A stretch of DNA of 64,000 bases from Eutreptiella sp. 'Long Island Sound 2002' (GCA_964036045.1 OZ038378.1:172732001-172796000); one strand, 5' to 3'. Counted from the stretch's first letter, positions 1 to 14,100 are shown. Made by a program: numbers and translations. The notes: a model not told the origin generated them from the letters alone.

Positions 1-1880
1 GAAATCAATGCCTAGAACTAGCACCCTGGTGGAATGACTGACGGGTGAGTGTAAGACCAGTCTTTCAGATGTTTTGTCGTGCAGAGAAGGAGCGGATGGG
101 GTGCTGTGGAGTGCCAGCAAGAAGTGTTCGGGTGCGAGTCGGGTGCTGTCCGGTGTGCGTCTAGTACTGTCGGTGCGTGTCGGGTGGGGCACCCTCACGG
201 AGGACAACCCTCTTTTGGCCCGCAGCCACATGACCAAACATCGCGTAGGGAAGCCCAGGGTGCCCGAGATGCCCGGGCTTTTGACCTCGGACTCGACCCT
301 TCACCGACGTTTTCTGATGCTCCGGCGCACCCCTTTGGGGGGAACGACCCCCGGGAAGATAAGTGGCGGGACGAGGAAGGACGAGAGCGGAAGAAGTTTG
401 GAGGGTGCTCTCTACCACTGATGTGGGTGGATCACCCAAGTGTTCCGCATCGGTGGTGCAGGGGCCGTTGGGGGGCACGAAAGCATGTTGTCAGATGAGG
501 GTAAAACACAGGCAGGGAAAGAAGGGAGGTATACAGGTCCATGCGGGACGTTCCATGTGGGTTGTTTGGCCACCAGTCACAACCGCCGGTGTCCAGTGCA
601 ATGCGTTTCGTGTGCCTTTTTTTGTTGATTGAGAGAGTGTGGGAATGAGGTGGTGCGTGGGGGGTATGCGCTGTTTGGGTGACAGGGGAACCCCTGCTCT
701 GCTCTGGATTGCAAGATACAGCCCCATGCCGGCACTTCGCCCATGTCCTGTTTCCGATGGGCATATGAAACCATTGCTAGGCAACAGATCTGGCCCACTG
801 CCCCAATGAAGGGCACACGGACAGAGGAAGTTGGCAAAGAGGTGCAGAAGCAGATCCGTACAGACAGTGCGCCCCAGGTTGAAACTGTGCATGGTGTCCA
901 CACCAGCTTCGCGTTGTGCCTTTGTGCACATTCCCAGCATGATTTAGGGTCCGGGGTCCCTGGTCCGAGCCCCCCTTTCCCCCGCGCCCCTTTTACGCCA
1001 ACCCCTACCCCTTCCCGTCCCCATTTCCAAAGCAATAGCAACTTCGTATTGCCGAGCTTTTGTTTTTTGTTGTCAAGATATACCACCACGTTTCTTTAGA
1101 GAACAACTCTGGTGGTAACAAGGGATTTTGGGCCATGGCTGGAATATATAAGTATGATGTTGTTGTGCCCCGACTCAGGGCTGCCCGTAATCTAGACTAC
1201 CCTAACCCCCCATCACCTCGCCCTCCCCCCCTTCCCCTGCACGACTCTGCATTGCTGCTTTGGTACACGGCGTCCCTGATAGATATCTGCCTTTCTGCCA
1301 GCCTCTGCCATGGATCAATCCATGCTTGGCGCTCAGGTAAAAATCATTTACTATGCCACCCATCACCCCAGGTTTCAATGGGCCCGTAATGTGAATGTGT
1401 TCAAAACCCGCGCTTGGCACAAGAGGCACTTGTAACTCTGGTTGCGAATTTTGGTGGCCCCCATTTGTGCATGCCCAAAATGGCTAGAAGTCTATGGGGA
1501 TCTCAGTTATGGAAGGAGCATACATGAGCATAACCATGTGCCCCTCCTCCCCGACCAGATCCAGACTGCTAGACCACCTTCTTGAGGTCTTGTTTCTCCG
1601 GGCAAAACAGCATTTTCATTTTACTGGCCCCATTTGTGGAGGGACCTCAAATATGTAGCCCTTGGGCTGGGGTTTGGGTCGCCGATCCCCCCCTTCAAGC
1701 CCTCCCCCCCCCCCTCTGGAAAGCCCATTGGGTGATTACACCCGTGTCCCCCCCCCCCCAGTGCCCCCTTTGGTTCAATCTCTGTTGCGATCTGCTGTTT
1801 CTCACCCTCTGCGTGCTTTGGCCCAACCGCCTCTGAGCAACCTGACCCTTCTTAACTCGCCCATTGCACACGCCATGCAG

Positions 1881-2108
1881 ATCAGCCCGGACTCGAAGTT
1901 CGGGTGCGTGCTCTCCAGCGACAGTGCCCAAAAGGAGGGACTGCAGCTGTTGCAAGTGGAGTACGAGAGCCGGCCGCTGGACCAGTCGGCGGACGTGCGG
2001 TTGCAGGTGCAGTTGGGTTCGACGACGGCAGTGTTCGTCCCGAAGCTCTTGCACAGCCTGCAAGCTTTTTGGAGCATCCCACCGCGAATCAATTTGTCGT
2101 CTCTTGAG
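1881..2108 (+). CDS. VPS13: VPS13 exon 1 (in window)
   Basis: atgcag|ATCAGC ... CTTGAG|gtgtgt; ISPDSKFG...EYESRPLDQSADVRLQVQL...FWSIPPRINLSSLE; phase 0/0. Confidence 0.92.
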
Positions 2109-5100
2109 GTGTGTGGGCGTGTAGGCGTGGGTATTTTTGTGGGTGTTGCTGTATGGGTGGGTGTGGGAAGGAGACAGGCGCGGGTTGCGCGCGTGGGACT
2201 GGACTTGGTGCGGGGGGGGGCAGGTGCAGGTTGGGGCGTGGGTGTGGATGCGCGTTGGTGCCGACGTGGTGGAGCGTGGCGCGCGCACGCTTCATTCATT
2301 TTCGGTGGGCAGACCGCGTGGCGCTCAAGGGCAGGGTTGTGTGTGGGATGGTGCTGTGCGGGGCGGAGGGGGTGCGAAGAATGTGGGTTGGGTATGGGGG
2401 CAGGTGTTGCTGGGGGCTGCCCTCCACAACTCTGGTGCACGCGACAGGCGACATGTACATCACTCAGCTGTTTTGCTGAACGTCTGACCCATCGTTTTGG
2501 GTTCTACTCTATTCGTCCATTGCTTGGCGGTGCAGGTGATGGTCGCAAATGGTTGGCATCAATTGTCTGATACGTCTCTCGATGGGTTGAAGATGGCACT
2601 GGCCCAGAACACTTCGCTGGACTTAAACCTGCAGATCCACGCACCAACCATCATCGTCCCGGAGGACTGCAGTGCAGAGCACACCCGCGCCCTGGTCGCT
2701 GATTTGGGGTATGGCCCTCGATTATGGGGTGTTGCGGACCGCTGGTGAGGATTTGCTGGGGTTGTGGGGGTGGTTGAGGGGTGAGAGAGGGTTGTGGGGG
2801 GTTGTAGAGGGCCGGAGGATGTGGAGATTCGTGGAGATTTGTGGGTTTTTGAGGGGCTGTGGAGGGCTGTGGAGGGTTGTGCAGGGTTCTGCAGGAATAT
2901 GGAGGATTGTGGTGGGTTAACGAGGGTTGTGGAAGGTTACCGAGGGTTGTGGAGGGTTGTAAGGGTATTGAGGATTTCTTTTTGGCCAAACATGCATGAG
3001 AACGGTTGACAAATACAGGAGACACTCTCTACCCCCCTGGATTCCCCCGTTCCTCTTCTAATGCATGATCTCCGTAATGTTGTGGACACTAAATATTCTT
3101 GGCCCCTGTGCCTTGCAACCATCCAAAAGCCTCCAAGAATTGTGAGCAACCATGAAGAAACCTCCAGAAATCACCTGAGAGAGAATGTTAGATCAGGCGC
3201 AGGCGCGGGCACCCTGTACGCATATGAATTATTCCCCAATGAAATTTTCGATTTTGATTTTGACCGCCCTACCGCCCTGTACCTCGGCACCACTTTTTGG
3301 GGGGGGGGGTTCCAAAACTTGGCTGGCCTATAGCTGCCACCGTGCCTCGATTCAGACCCAGGACCCATTCCACTCTTTTCTTCTATATGGACACCAATGA
3401 CGGGGTCCCGGGGGTCCCGGATGCTATCTCCAGGTTTCCAAGATCGGCCCCCCTCTGGGGGCCCAACGGTGAGGACCACTTTCACGCGGCACGGGCTGGT
3501 TGAAAAATTGCGATTTCTGGATGACCTCTGACAGCTCCCGGGGACCTTTCGGCCAGTGTTGGGTGATCATTTCGTGACAATGGAATATGCATAAACCCAC
3601 ATGGAGCCATGTGGCACCAATTAGGCCCTGCCAGTGATGCTTATTGGCCCCTGAAAGCATCGTTTTGGGCCTGTTTGTACCGTTTTGGGCCAAAATTGGC
3701 CAGCCTCTGATGTATGATTCATCAGGCTCCACATTATTTGTTTCTTTTTGAGGTGCCTTGCCGAATAGAATTTCCAGGAATCACCAGCACCCACCCACCC
3801 ACCCTTCTCTTCTTCATTTCTTGTTTGAGTGTGGCCATCTACACTTGGGATGTAGGAGTCTCTAGCATGGGGTGCCCCTTTTCCTGTATACTGTATTTGA
3901 CTGTGGCGGTTGAAGATGTGCAGGGTCCAACTGTGGGCAAGTCACAGGGTTGGTGAGTGCCAGGGCAAGCACAATGTTGGAAGAGTGGGAAACATATGAG
4001 GGTTGGTTTTATGCTGCTTCTTGGGGGGGTGTCCAGTTACCCCCACACCCCCGCCGCACATGCTTTCTTCCACGGCGTCTGTCAAAGCCTGCATGTTGCT
4101 CATGCACAGATTTCTGCGGGGATCTACAGAGATAGACCATACGCGTGCGGAGCGTGTGCAGACCTCTGCAGTCGTAGCGGACGATTTCTATGACCGTGTG
4201 AACCTCACGCTTGAAAATATGAAGCTGTGTTTGGTTACGGTGTGTCTGTGCCGCATTTTCAGGGCAGTGTGTTTCGTTCTTGTTGCGCGCCAAAAGTCTG
4301 CGGAGTGCCCCAAACCTCTTGCCACAACTCAATATTGAGATCCCCCCCGCCCCCGTTGTACACAAATTCCTCTCCAAACTTTACGAATGCACACATTACC
4401 AACCGGCATATGGGAAGTACCAACTGGCACAGGGACTTGCAATACAGAGGGCAAACTGCGGCTGTCAATCGCCTTCAACCAACCCTTTGTTGATCATGCA
4501 ACCCCCTTCCGCTCCATAACTCCTGGTGGGGGGTTGCCCTGGAGAGGGGGGCGGGGGTTGCTGCCTCCACGTTTACTCAAGCCCTGCCATTGGCTTCCGT
4601 GTTTGAGATGCCTCCCTCTGCCATTGGATGATAGGGAAAGCAACCAGCGACAATCGTATGGTCAACACAAGCTGCTTGGTGGGCTTGGAGACATGCAAAG
4701 CTGACGGCTATGCACAAATCCCCCTCCACACCACATACACATGCGCTGGCACAAGCCAACAGCGGCACATCATGCCTGCCCCGTAGTTCGATTGGCCAAG
4801 AAAATGTACAACGAGCAGCAGTTGTGCTGTGCTGCACAGCATCAGATTTCTAACTTGAGAGCCCGCCATGCCTGCAGGGTGCGGCGGGAGGGGGGCGGCG
4901 GCGTCACCCGGTGGCATGTTTCCTGGAGCATGGGGGAACTATTGCCTTTTGGGGGCAGGAAGGGGAGGGGGTGTCTACTCCTGAGACGCCCAACCCTTCG
5001 CCTTCCCTTCCCTCTCAGCCTTGCCACCAGTGTCCGCCACTGCAGACATGATCAGGTGGAGCTAGATCCTTTTGATCCATGTGCCAGGGAAGTCGGGTTT

Positions 5101-8100
5101 TCACTTCCGCGGGGGGGGGGGGGGGGTGATAGAGCCCCCCAAAACTGGGGGCGGGGGGAGGGCTCAATTGACAGACACCATTAATCAGTGATTATGAACT
5201 CTGGCGCCAAAGGCGCCGAAAATTTTTTTTCACCATTTGAAAATGGTTAATTTTTTATCCCACCAAATACATGGCAAGTGATGTATTTTCTGAACCCCCT
5301 TGACACGCCGATTCCAAAAATTCCATTTACAATTTTTGCCGAATTTTGGAGCCCACTGAAACTGGGGGGAGGGTCTTGGAAAAGGGCTCCTGTGACAGAA
5401 TTCATTATTATTATTCATTATTTCCCTTGGTGCAAGGGTGCCGGAACGAAATTTTTGTCAAGAATGGTCTGCGTAAAAAGGGTGATGCATGCATGTTCAT
5501 CACATGTTGCTAGAATGATGCAATGTAGGGTTCTCACTAGGGTATATGCGTTGAGCAACAGGTTTGCATTTACCCTTGTTACCTGAGTAGCCTCAGTGCT
5601 AGGGTCAGGGTCACCGAGCTGGTGGAACCAGTCTTGGTTTTATAACCCTTTTTAGTGTCTAGGGTGGACCTACCAGGTTTAGCAAGCAAGCAAGCAGCAA
5701 GCAGCAAGCAAGCAGCACGCGCGAAATGGGCCAAAATCAGAACTCCGTCGTGGTGCTTTGGATTTGAGTGAAATTTTGGTGGATGATACCTATGGGTGTG
5801 AAGTACAATCACACAAAGTTTGAGCGAGAAACTCAACGGTGGCGGCCGGGAACGGGATTCGCAAGTGGCGGACCTCAATTTCAGAAACTGCAGTACAGGG
5901 CCAAAAATAGCCATTTTTGGGCCAAAAAAGCCCAGGAACACATTCAAAACGGCCAAACGAAGGGAAACGGTGCGTACACTCCACGTGCCGCTTGACTTCC
6001 CCGTGTCAACGAGCTCTTTGCCGCCCTCTAACTCCATGATATGTCCCGGAAACGGCCCAAAAAGGCCCCCAGAAGCTCCAAATGCCGACAGCCACAAACC
6101 AAGAATAGGCCATATCTTTGGCTACATGGCTCAAAATGTGATTCTAAGGGCACCTACTCCACCCGCAACCCCCCACTTTTTGTGGTTTCCACCCTTCTGA
6201 ATTGCCCCAACGGACGCCTAGACCCCAATACCTAGGCCCACTAGGCTGCGGCAAGCTGCAAGCTCAAGCCCAAACAGGTGGGTGCCCAAATGGGTCAACA
6301 GGGTCCAATAGGGGCAAAAAGATGACTTTTCTCAAAAATGATCCTAGACCATGTGCGACGCTAAAACAAGTGTTTTTGGACCATTTTGAGCTCGTGGTGG
6401 CCCATTTTGGTCCTCCGAAAATCCCAAAATGCCTTCAAAATGGGCTGTTTTGGGACCAAAAATGGGTCAAAAATGGGTCAAAAACGCGTTTTTCCAAACC
6501 TCATCCTAGACCATTTGGGGTGCACAAACGGGTGAAATGAGCCCATTTTTGGCCCCTTAGAAGTCCAAAAAGCCTTGAAAGTGGGCCTCGTGGTGATGGG
6601 GTCCACTTGCAAGCTGATTTCACGTCGTCAAGAGCCATCAATGTGTGAATCATTCTTGATGTCCCTCACCAGTCATAGCTGATGTTCCCTCGCCCACCAG
6701 CTCGGTCCCAATATTCAGTCTTGATTAGGGTTAGGGTTACGGTAAGGGTCACCGAGCTGGTGGACCAGCTCGGTGACCCTTACCGTAACCCTAACCCCAA
6801 CCCTGACCCTAGCACTAAGGCTAAAGAGGGTTATAAAACCAAGACTGGTGGAACCAGTCTTGGGTTTATAACCCTCTTTAGTGTCTAGGCCGGACCTAAC
6901 AGGTTTGGCAAGCAAGCAGCAAGCAGCAAGCAAGCAAGCAAGCACGCGCGAAATCTAGGGCGGTTTTGGGCAAAAAAAGGCTGCTTTTGGCCCTAAATTG
7001 CAGGTTTTGAAATGGAGGTCCGGCACTTGCGACGCCCGTTCCCCGCTGCCACCGTTGAGTTTCTGGCTCGTACTTTGTGTGGTTGTCCCTCACACCCATA
7101 GGTACCATCCACCAAAATTTTGGCCAAATCCGAAGCACCACAACAGAGCTTTGATTTTCCCCCATTACCTACTGAAAACGGCCAAATGAAGGGAAATAGT
7201 GGCTACTCTACACATGCAGCTAGATTTCCCCGTGCCAAAAGGCCCTCTAGGGCCCTCTAACTCCACAATGTGTCCCCGAACCGCCCCCAAAAGGCCCCCA
7301 AAAGCCCTAGAATTTGTGCACGTTGGCCGCCAACAGCCCCAAGCCAAAAACAGACCATATGCTGGGCTACGTGGCTCAGAACACAATTCCGAGCGCACAT
7401 AATCCACCCGCAACCACCCACTTTTGGTGGTTTCCACCCCTCAAAATTGCCCTAACTGATGCCTAGACCCCCGTACATAGGCCCAGTGGGCTGCCGCAAG
7501 CTGCAAGACGTAGCACAAAGAGGTGGGTGCCAAAATGGGTCAACAAGGTCCACCGGGTGCAAAAAAATGACTTTTTTGCAAAAATGATCCTGGACCACGT
7601 GGAATGCCAAAACAAGTGGTTTTGGCGTGTTTTGAGCTCGTCATGACCCGTTTTGGCCTTCCTAAAATCCCAAACTGCCTTGAAAATGGGCTCTTTAAGG
7701 ACAAAAATGGGTCAAAAATGTGTTTTTCCAAAAATGATCCTAGACCATTTGGGGTGCCTAAACAAGTGCAATGAGCCCATTTTGAGCCCATTGCAAGCCA
7801 TTTTGGCCACTCCAGAGTCACAAAATGCCTTGAAAAAGGGCTGTTTTGGGACGAAAAATCAGTCAAGAATAGATCTAAAATGTGTTTTTCCAAACATACT
7901 TTTGGACTATTTGGGGTGCACAAACAAGTGAAATGAGCCGTTTTTGAGCCCATGTTGAGCAATTTGGCCCCTCTCAAGGCCGGCAGGGCTTTGAAAATGG
8001 GCCACTTTGGGACCACAAATGGCTCAAAAATGGGTCAAAGGCATTGTTTTCCAAAAATGATCCTAGTCCAATTGTGGTGCCCAAACGGATGAATACAGCT

Positions 8101-11100
8101 CATTTTGAGCGCCTTTTGAGCTGCTCTCATCCACTTTCCATTGCGTACCTCATTTGTCGTTGAAGTGTCCTAAACAATGTTCCTTCCCGCACCAGCTCGG
8201 TCCCAATATTCAATCCTGGTTAGGGTCTCACCTACTTGTACTCTCACCGTAAGCCAGTGCCCCCCTCCCTTTCCAATCTCCTGCACCCCCCCCCCCCCCC
8301 TCCCCCATTCTGCTCCCTGGTACAGCCCCCCCCCCCGGCCGGGGTCCAGCCAGGGGGCTCCCGTGACCCACCTCCCCCCCTAAAGCGAAAGTCCGCCCAC
8401 CCTAACAACACGCCTGGTCTTGATCTCTTGTGGTTGACCTGCAGGTGCAGAACGGGGTGTGTCAGGAGGGTGAGCTGTCCATCCTTAAGCCCGTGGCCTT
8501 CCACTTGGCGGTGTACCGGTGTCTGACCCCCGACACGGAGCAGCTGCACCGCCTCAAAGTGGAAGGCAGCATCGACAGCATCCAATGCAGCTTTACCCCC
8601 GCGATCTATGAGTCCCTGTCCATGATCGCCCACAACGTGTCCAACTCTTCGATTTCGGAGCGCGACGCGCTGGTCAGCGCTGATGTGTACTTTGCGGGGC
8701 CGCTGTCCGACGCAGCTGTGCCGGACCTCAAAGCAGCGGAGTGGCTTGCAGGTGTGAAGGGGGGTCACCCAGCCCCGCCCAGGATGCCCTGGACCCGAAC
8801 TGGGCACTGGCATGGGCAAAGGCGTTTGAGAGTACCCACCAGTTGTGCGCAGCAGTTGAGGGGACCACTGCCGTTTGAGGGCAATGGTTGAGGCACACAT
8901 TGGCGGTTGAGGCCAATATGAGGCTCGAGGGCCCCACAGAGGACTCATTTGGAGGGCCTAAATGCATTCGGCTACAACCATTTTTTACTGGTTTATTATT
9001 TTGACCCAAAAACAAACGCGCTACTCATGCACAATTAGAAATAATAGGGGCACTAATGACCAGGTGCAGGCCAATAAGCACATACCATGCCCCGGCCCCT
9101 CCTAACCCACAAGCAGTTGGTAGATGGAAAAGCTGATTGTATCTGTCGAAACTTGCTGCGTCACCACAGCCACTTCACAGTCACAATGCTGGTCACAGCA
9201 CCTCATTGTTCGCAGGCTCACATCGTGGGCACCATTAAACCATAAGAGTTGACAGCTCGTGCACAGTTGGTCCCGAATGGTGTCCATGACAATTGCTCTT
9301 GCTAGGATGCCATTGTACACGGCATAAAGTACACCACTCACCCAAAGAAGCACCAATACATACAAAAGTTTATCCACTGCTTTGGCAAAAATGTACATTT
9401 GATTTCACAAAACTACCCGTCAAGGTTTTTGTTGCAGAACAAAGAGCGCGCATACATATCCCATGGGCAGGTTCTTCTACCTTTTCAATTGGGACTGATG
9501 GAGCAAAGGCAGTGGAAGTCCCATCCTACCCAGAGGGGGATCTTGGGACCCCCCCAGTGGTACGACAGAAGTCTAGAATTCTGCATCTGTTGGCAAAGAT
9601 TCACCAAGGATTGGGATACATGCGAGCCTGAGGAGAGTTTTGTGCCTGCATACAAAGTAAGGTGACCAGATTATGTGAACCGTCAAGCGTTGAAGATCGA
9701 TTAGGTGATTAATTGGTAATCCAATAGGGTATCACAGGCTTCCTTTTGTTTTGTTTTGTTTTATTCATGCTTTGTTTTGTCTCACCCATTTTCACTTTTT
9801 TTCTGTTGGTTTGGGGTTGTTTTTTTGTGTGTCTTGGCACATTTTCTTGTGCTAGGAATACTAGATTCTTTTTGGAATACATTGTACACATATTTGCCAC
9901 CTATGTCTCCCTCTTCAAACATAGTCAAGCAGAGGCATCGTATCGATAGTGGTACATGGTAGCCAAAGCCCTAGGGAGCAAAGGCGACTAAATGCCATCT
10001 AGCGTTAGTGTACGCAAGCAGCTGAGCCTTTTTCCTCAAGGAACAAAGAAAGAAAAGTACAGGAAATGCTGTTTGGCGTACATACCACGAAAAATGGAGT
10101 GGAACAGGGGGAAAACAAGTGTGGTCTCTCGTGAGGATGCGGTCACCTTGGTGCTGAACCAGCCACCTGGTGCTCACCGCCAAGGCGAGTTGCTCGTTGT
10201 CCATCAGCCGACCGATCCACGGGTGAAGTTCCCGGGTGGCCATTTCCTCCTCCTCCCCCCTGATGTGGTAGGGGGCTGGGGAAGCAGAGTAGTCCAGCCC
10301 GCCCTGCTGGGGTTTGCCCGGCGTTGGGAGTGCCTCCTTGGCGTCAGGCTTTGGGCGTTGGCGATCAGTCTCGCCTTCCGGCCGGTCCGCCACCGGTCCA
10401 CTCATGTGGCCTGTAGGCGTCGGATGGTGGCGGGTCCCCAGTTCCTGGTCCGGACGGGAGGGTGGGAGTGGTCACACGGGGCCTCTGCCCTTTGCCGTTC
10501 CGCTTCGTGGCGGTTGTGCCCCCCACTGCGCTCACCCATGACACAGGTGGTGCCGGGGGCCGTGTTGAGGGCGTGTAGTCGCGCAGGACGTGTGCCTCCC
10601 GGGACACAGAGATGGCGCCGTGGGGGGCATCCGTGTCCCGCGGGGGGTTCTCGGCCTCCGCTGTCTGCTTTGTCGTCGGCTCCGCGGTGGCTTCCGCGGT
10701 GGCTGTGGGGCTGCGACCTTGCGCCGTGCCGGGTGCAAGGTCAGGGGCCATGGCGGCCTGACTTGCGTCGTGGCACCCTGCCATGGAGTCGTCAAAGGAC
10801 TCGTCATCGTGGCGGCTGGTTGTGGGGTGGTGGGGCTGCGGTTGCGACCTTGTAGGGACCGGCTCGTCTTCTTGCCGGCCCCCACGTTCCTGGGCAGCCC
10901 CTGTGTCGCCATCGGTGTTCTACCGCGGCACCGTTGGGTTTGGAGGGGTGGTGGCCCTGATTTCCGGCTGTGTCGTGGTCGCGGTGGCGTGGGTCTCCGC
11001 GGTCGGGTCCGCCTCCCGCGGGTGTGGCACGCTGTCCCCCGGAGTTTGGTGCGATGTTGCCGCAGTGGCTTGTTGGTCCGTTTGGCCAGCGGTGTTCTCC

Positions 11101-14100
11101 CAATTTCTGTCCGAGTGGGGGGCCTCCCCCGGGGGGGTCGTTGGCCGCTGTATCCCCCTGCCTTGGGCTTTGCGCTGCCGGCATGGGGGCCTGCTGTTGA
11201 GGCGCGGGCGTTGGTTAGACCCGGCTTCCGTCTGCGTCACAGGTCTCCGGGAGAAAACAGAAAAGGGGGGGGGGCAAGTGGGGAAATGGGAGAAGTTTGA
11301 TGACTGGTACAAGTTGCTTTGGCTCTTTGCAATTCTGAGGTTTTGGCCTGTCCTATGGCTATGTACCATGTCCACCATGTCCTCTGTTCCCAAGTAGGCA
11401 TGTTGAATTTTTATATCCATTGAGGCAATCTATATACATGCTTACATTTTTGGTGGCAAAAAATTGGGGTTGGTTGTCAGACATGTCCAAGGCCCCCACA
11501 AAGCTCAACAACACATCCAAAACGTTGGCTGCCATCAGGGTTGGGGGCAATACCGACTATGGAAGATGGGTTGATGCCAAGGTCGCGCAGCAATGTGTCC
11601 GAGCCCTGCACAGGAGTGCATGCCCCCAGGCTCCCATGCCCTTGAGTTGCCAGGGTATTCCTCTTCCACATTCCCAAAGCCTCTCCTACACTTAGATCCT
11701 CTTTCATAGATTTCCTCGACATGACATGTTGCGAGCTGAAGCGGATGTGGCTGGCTTTTTTTTGGCCATGGACTTGGAGTTGAGGGTCCAATTTTTTTTG
11801 TACTTTTACCACAACCCCACTTCCTTAGCCACCGTCTCCCTGCATCTACCCTGCCCCCCCCGTTCCCCCTATTTCCTCATCCCACCTTCCCCCATCCCCC
11901 GTTTCCCCCTGTTTTCCTTGCTTTTGGTGACCAACCCCTGTTCGGCGCTGGTGACCATGGAGCCTTTTATCAAGCCATGTACCAAACATAGCAGGTTCCC
12001 CCTGAGCTTTGGATGTCATAACGGCAGGTATTATTGGGTGCCAAATGGTTGGGAGTTGATCTTGCTGAGATCCACTTTTCCTGCCAAGTTGCTGGTGGCA
12101 TGTTTGATCATAAGTACCCAACATGGTGAACACTTTTTTTGCTTTCTGCATGTTTTTTTTCAGAGCCTTGTTGTAGACACAGATGCCCAAACTTAATAAA
12201 AATGAAAATGGATATGGCATTCTTGGAATCCGCGGAACTAGGGCGCCGAGAAAGATCAAAGTCACCTTGAAGAGGGGTAGTTAGATCAAGCACACGCAAA
12301 GGCGCTATATTTGCCCCCCCTTTTGGGGGGTCATTCACGTTGTATAACCCAATGTATGATATTGGATGTCTAACCCCTTGTTAAAGCAGCATTTTGGCGG
12401 ACAAAATTATTCCATACTGAATTTTTTGATTTGAACCTACCCCCTACTCCCGAAATTTGGTTGGCCTATAGCCACACTGTGCATCAATTCGAACCCAGGT
12501 CCCATTCCGCTTTTTTCTTCTATATGGACCCCCTTACCAATGACGGGGACCAAGTGCTATCCCCAGGTTTCCAAGATCGGCTCCCCTTATGGGACCCCAC
12601 TGGTGAGGACCTAGGTATGTGCTTCGGGTTTGGCCTACGGGACAAGGGGGGGGTTGGGTGGGTGTTTTGGAAATTCAAGGTGGGTGAGTGTCCAACCCCC
12701 CCCCCCCCCCTCTCCTGTGGGGGGGTGGGATGTTTTTTGGTGTATGAGTGCTGATGGGTTTGCGGCCTCTCAATTTGTTGTTCAACAAGTGCTGTTTGAG
12801 GGCTGGGTGCCTAGGCAGGCAGGTTTCGTTTCTCCCCATGGGTCCAAGAGAGCAGGGTGGGATGTAAAAAACAACTTGTAAGTTCCTCTTCTACTCTCTC
12901 CCTTAGGCGTACCCCCTCTTGCGTATTGCTTTGGTGGGTGGGTAGGTGGGTGGGTCGCTGTCCAACAAACGCCCCCCTCGGTGGGGGTGGGACAATTCTG
13001 GGTCCCTAGGTTTTCCCAAAATCTAGATGGTAGGTAACATGATCCCCCCCCCCCCCCACCATGATAGATAAGCACATCCATTTGAGGGCTGTTTTTAGGC
13101 CATTACGGGATGGCTGAACACTCGCAATTTTTTTTGGGGGGGTGATCTCGGCAACTCCCGGGACCTTTTGGCTGTTGTTGGGTGACAATTTGGTGACAAT
13201 GGGGGTGCGTGTAAAACCATGTGGAGCCATGTAGCACCAACCAAGCTCACATGGTGGTGCTTATTGGCCCCTGAAAGCACCATTTTGGGCCTGTTTGCAC
13301 CATTTTGGGCAAAGCTTGGTTGGACCATCGCCGCAACTGTGCATCAATTCGGACCCACGTCCCATTCCATTTTTTTCTTCTATATGGACCCCCTACTTAA
13401 TGACAGGGGTCCTAGGTTGTGTCTCAAGGTTTCCAAGACCGGCCCCCCAATGGGACCCAATGGGATAAGGAGCGTTTTCAAGCCATTAGGGTGACCTTCA
13501 ACAACCCGGTGGACCCTTGAGCCGTTGTTGGGTGATCATTTGGTGACAAAAGGAGTGCGCATAAACTCATGTAGCACCACATAGGCCCTCCCAGTGGTGC
13601 ATATTGGCCCTTCAAAGGGGGACTGTTAGCGCGCCGGGCATCTTTTTTGACCCCTGCCCCACCGGTGACCTTTTAGGGGGTGCACTAAGCGCAGTGCAAC
13701 TATTTGGGCGTCTAGCTGTCCCAAAACCCGATACTTTGTGATACTATGGGCATTATTGTTGTTTGAAAACGGGTAGTTTGGTGCTCCTTTCACATTGGGG
13801 ATATGGTATATTTGGATTCTCACCCAGTTTCACCCATTTTCATCCATTTTTTGCTTGTTTCCACCACATCCACTCTCTACTAGGTTGATTTCTCCCCACC
13901 ATGGGGACCCTGAGAAGGCAGGGGTGATGTAGCCATTCCGCCCAACTTTGGGTCCCCGAGAAGGCAGGGGTGATGTAGCCAATGCTGAGTTTGCGCTTCT
14001 TTGTTGCACCATGAGGCAGAAACGCCGTCCAAACCGCTTGCGGTTTGGGAACTCATTGGGGGAGCGTTAGTGCGCCGGGCATCTTTTTTGACCCATGCCC

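Noticed and set aside
716-877. Possible upstream VPS13 exon (SPMSCFRWAYETIARQ...DSAPQ|gttgaa)
   Set aside because: It has a phase-0 donor, but a weak acceptor and no match to the VPS13 segment expected just before exon 1; cannot be supported.
3924-3952. Micro-exon cag|GGTCCAACTG...GGTTG|gtgagt
   Set aside because: Exon 2 joins exon 3 directly in phase 2 (DLGFLRGST); including this block would break the frame.
5768-6200. ORFs conserved between family A copies (MKFWWMIPMG..., MSEKLNGGG...)
   Set aside because: Conservation reflects recent duplication; ORFs overlap in several frames and are disrupted in copy A2.
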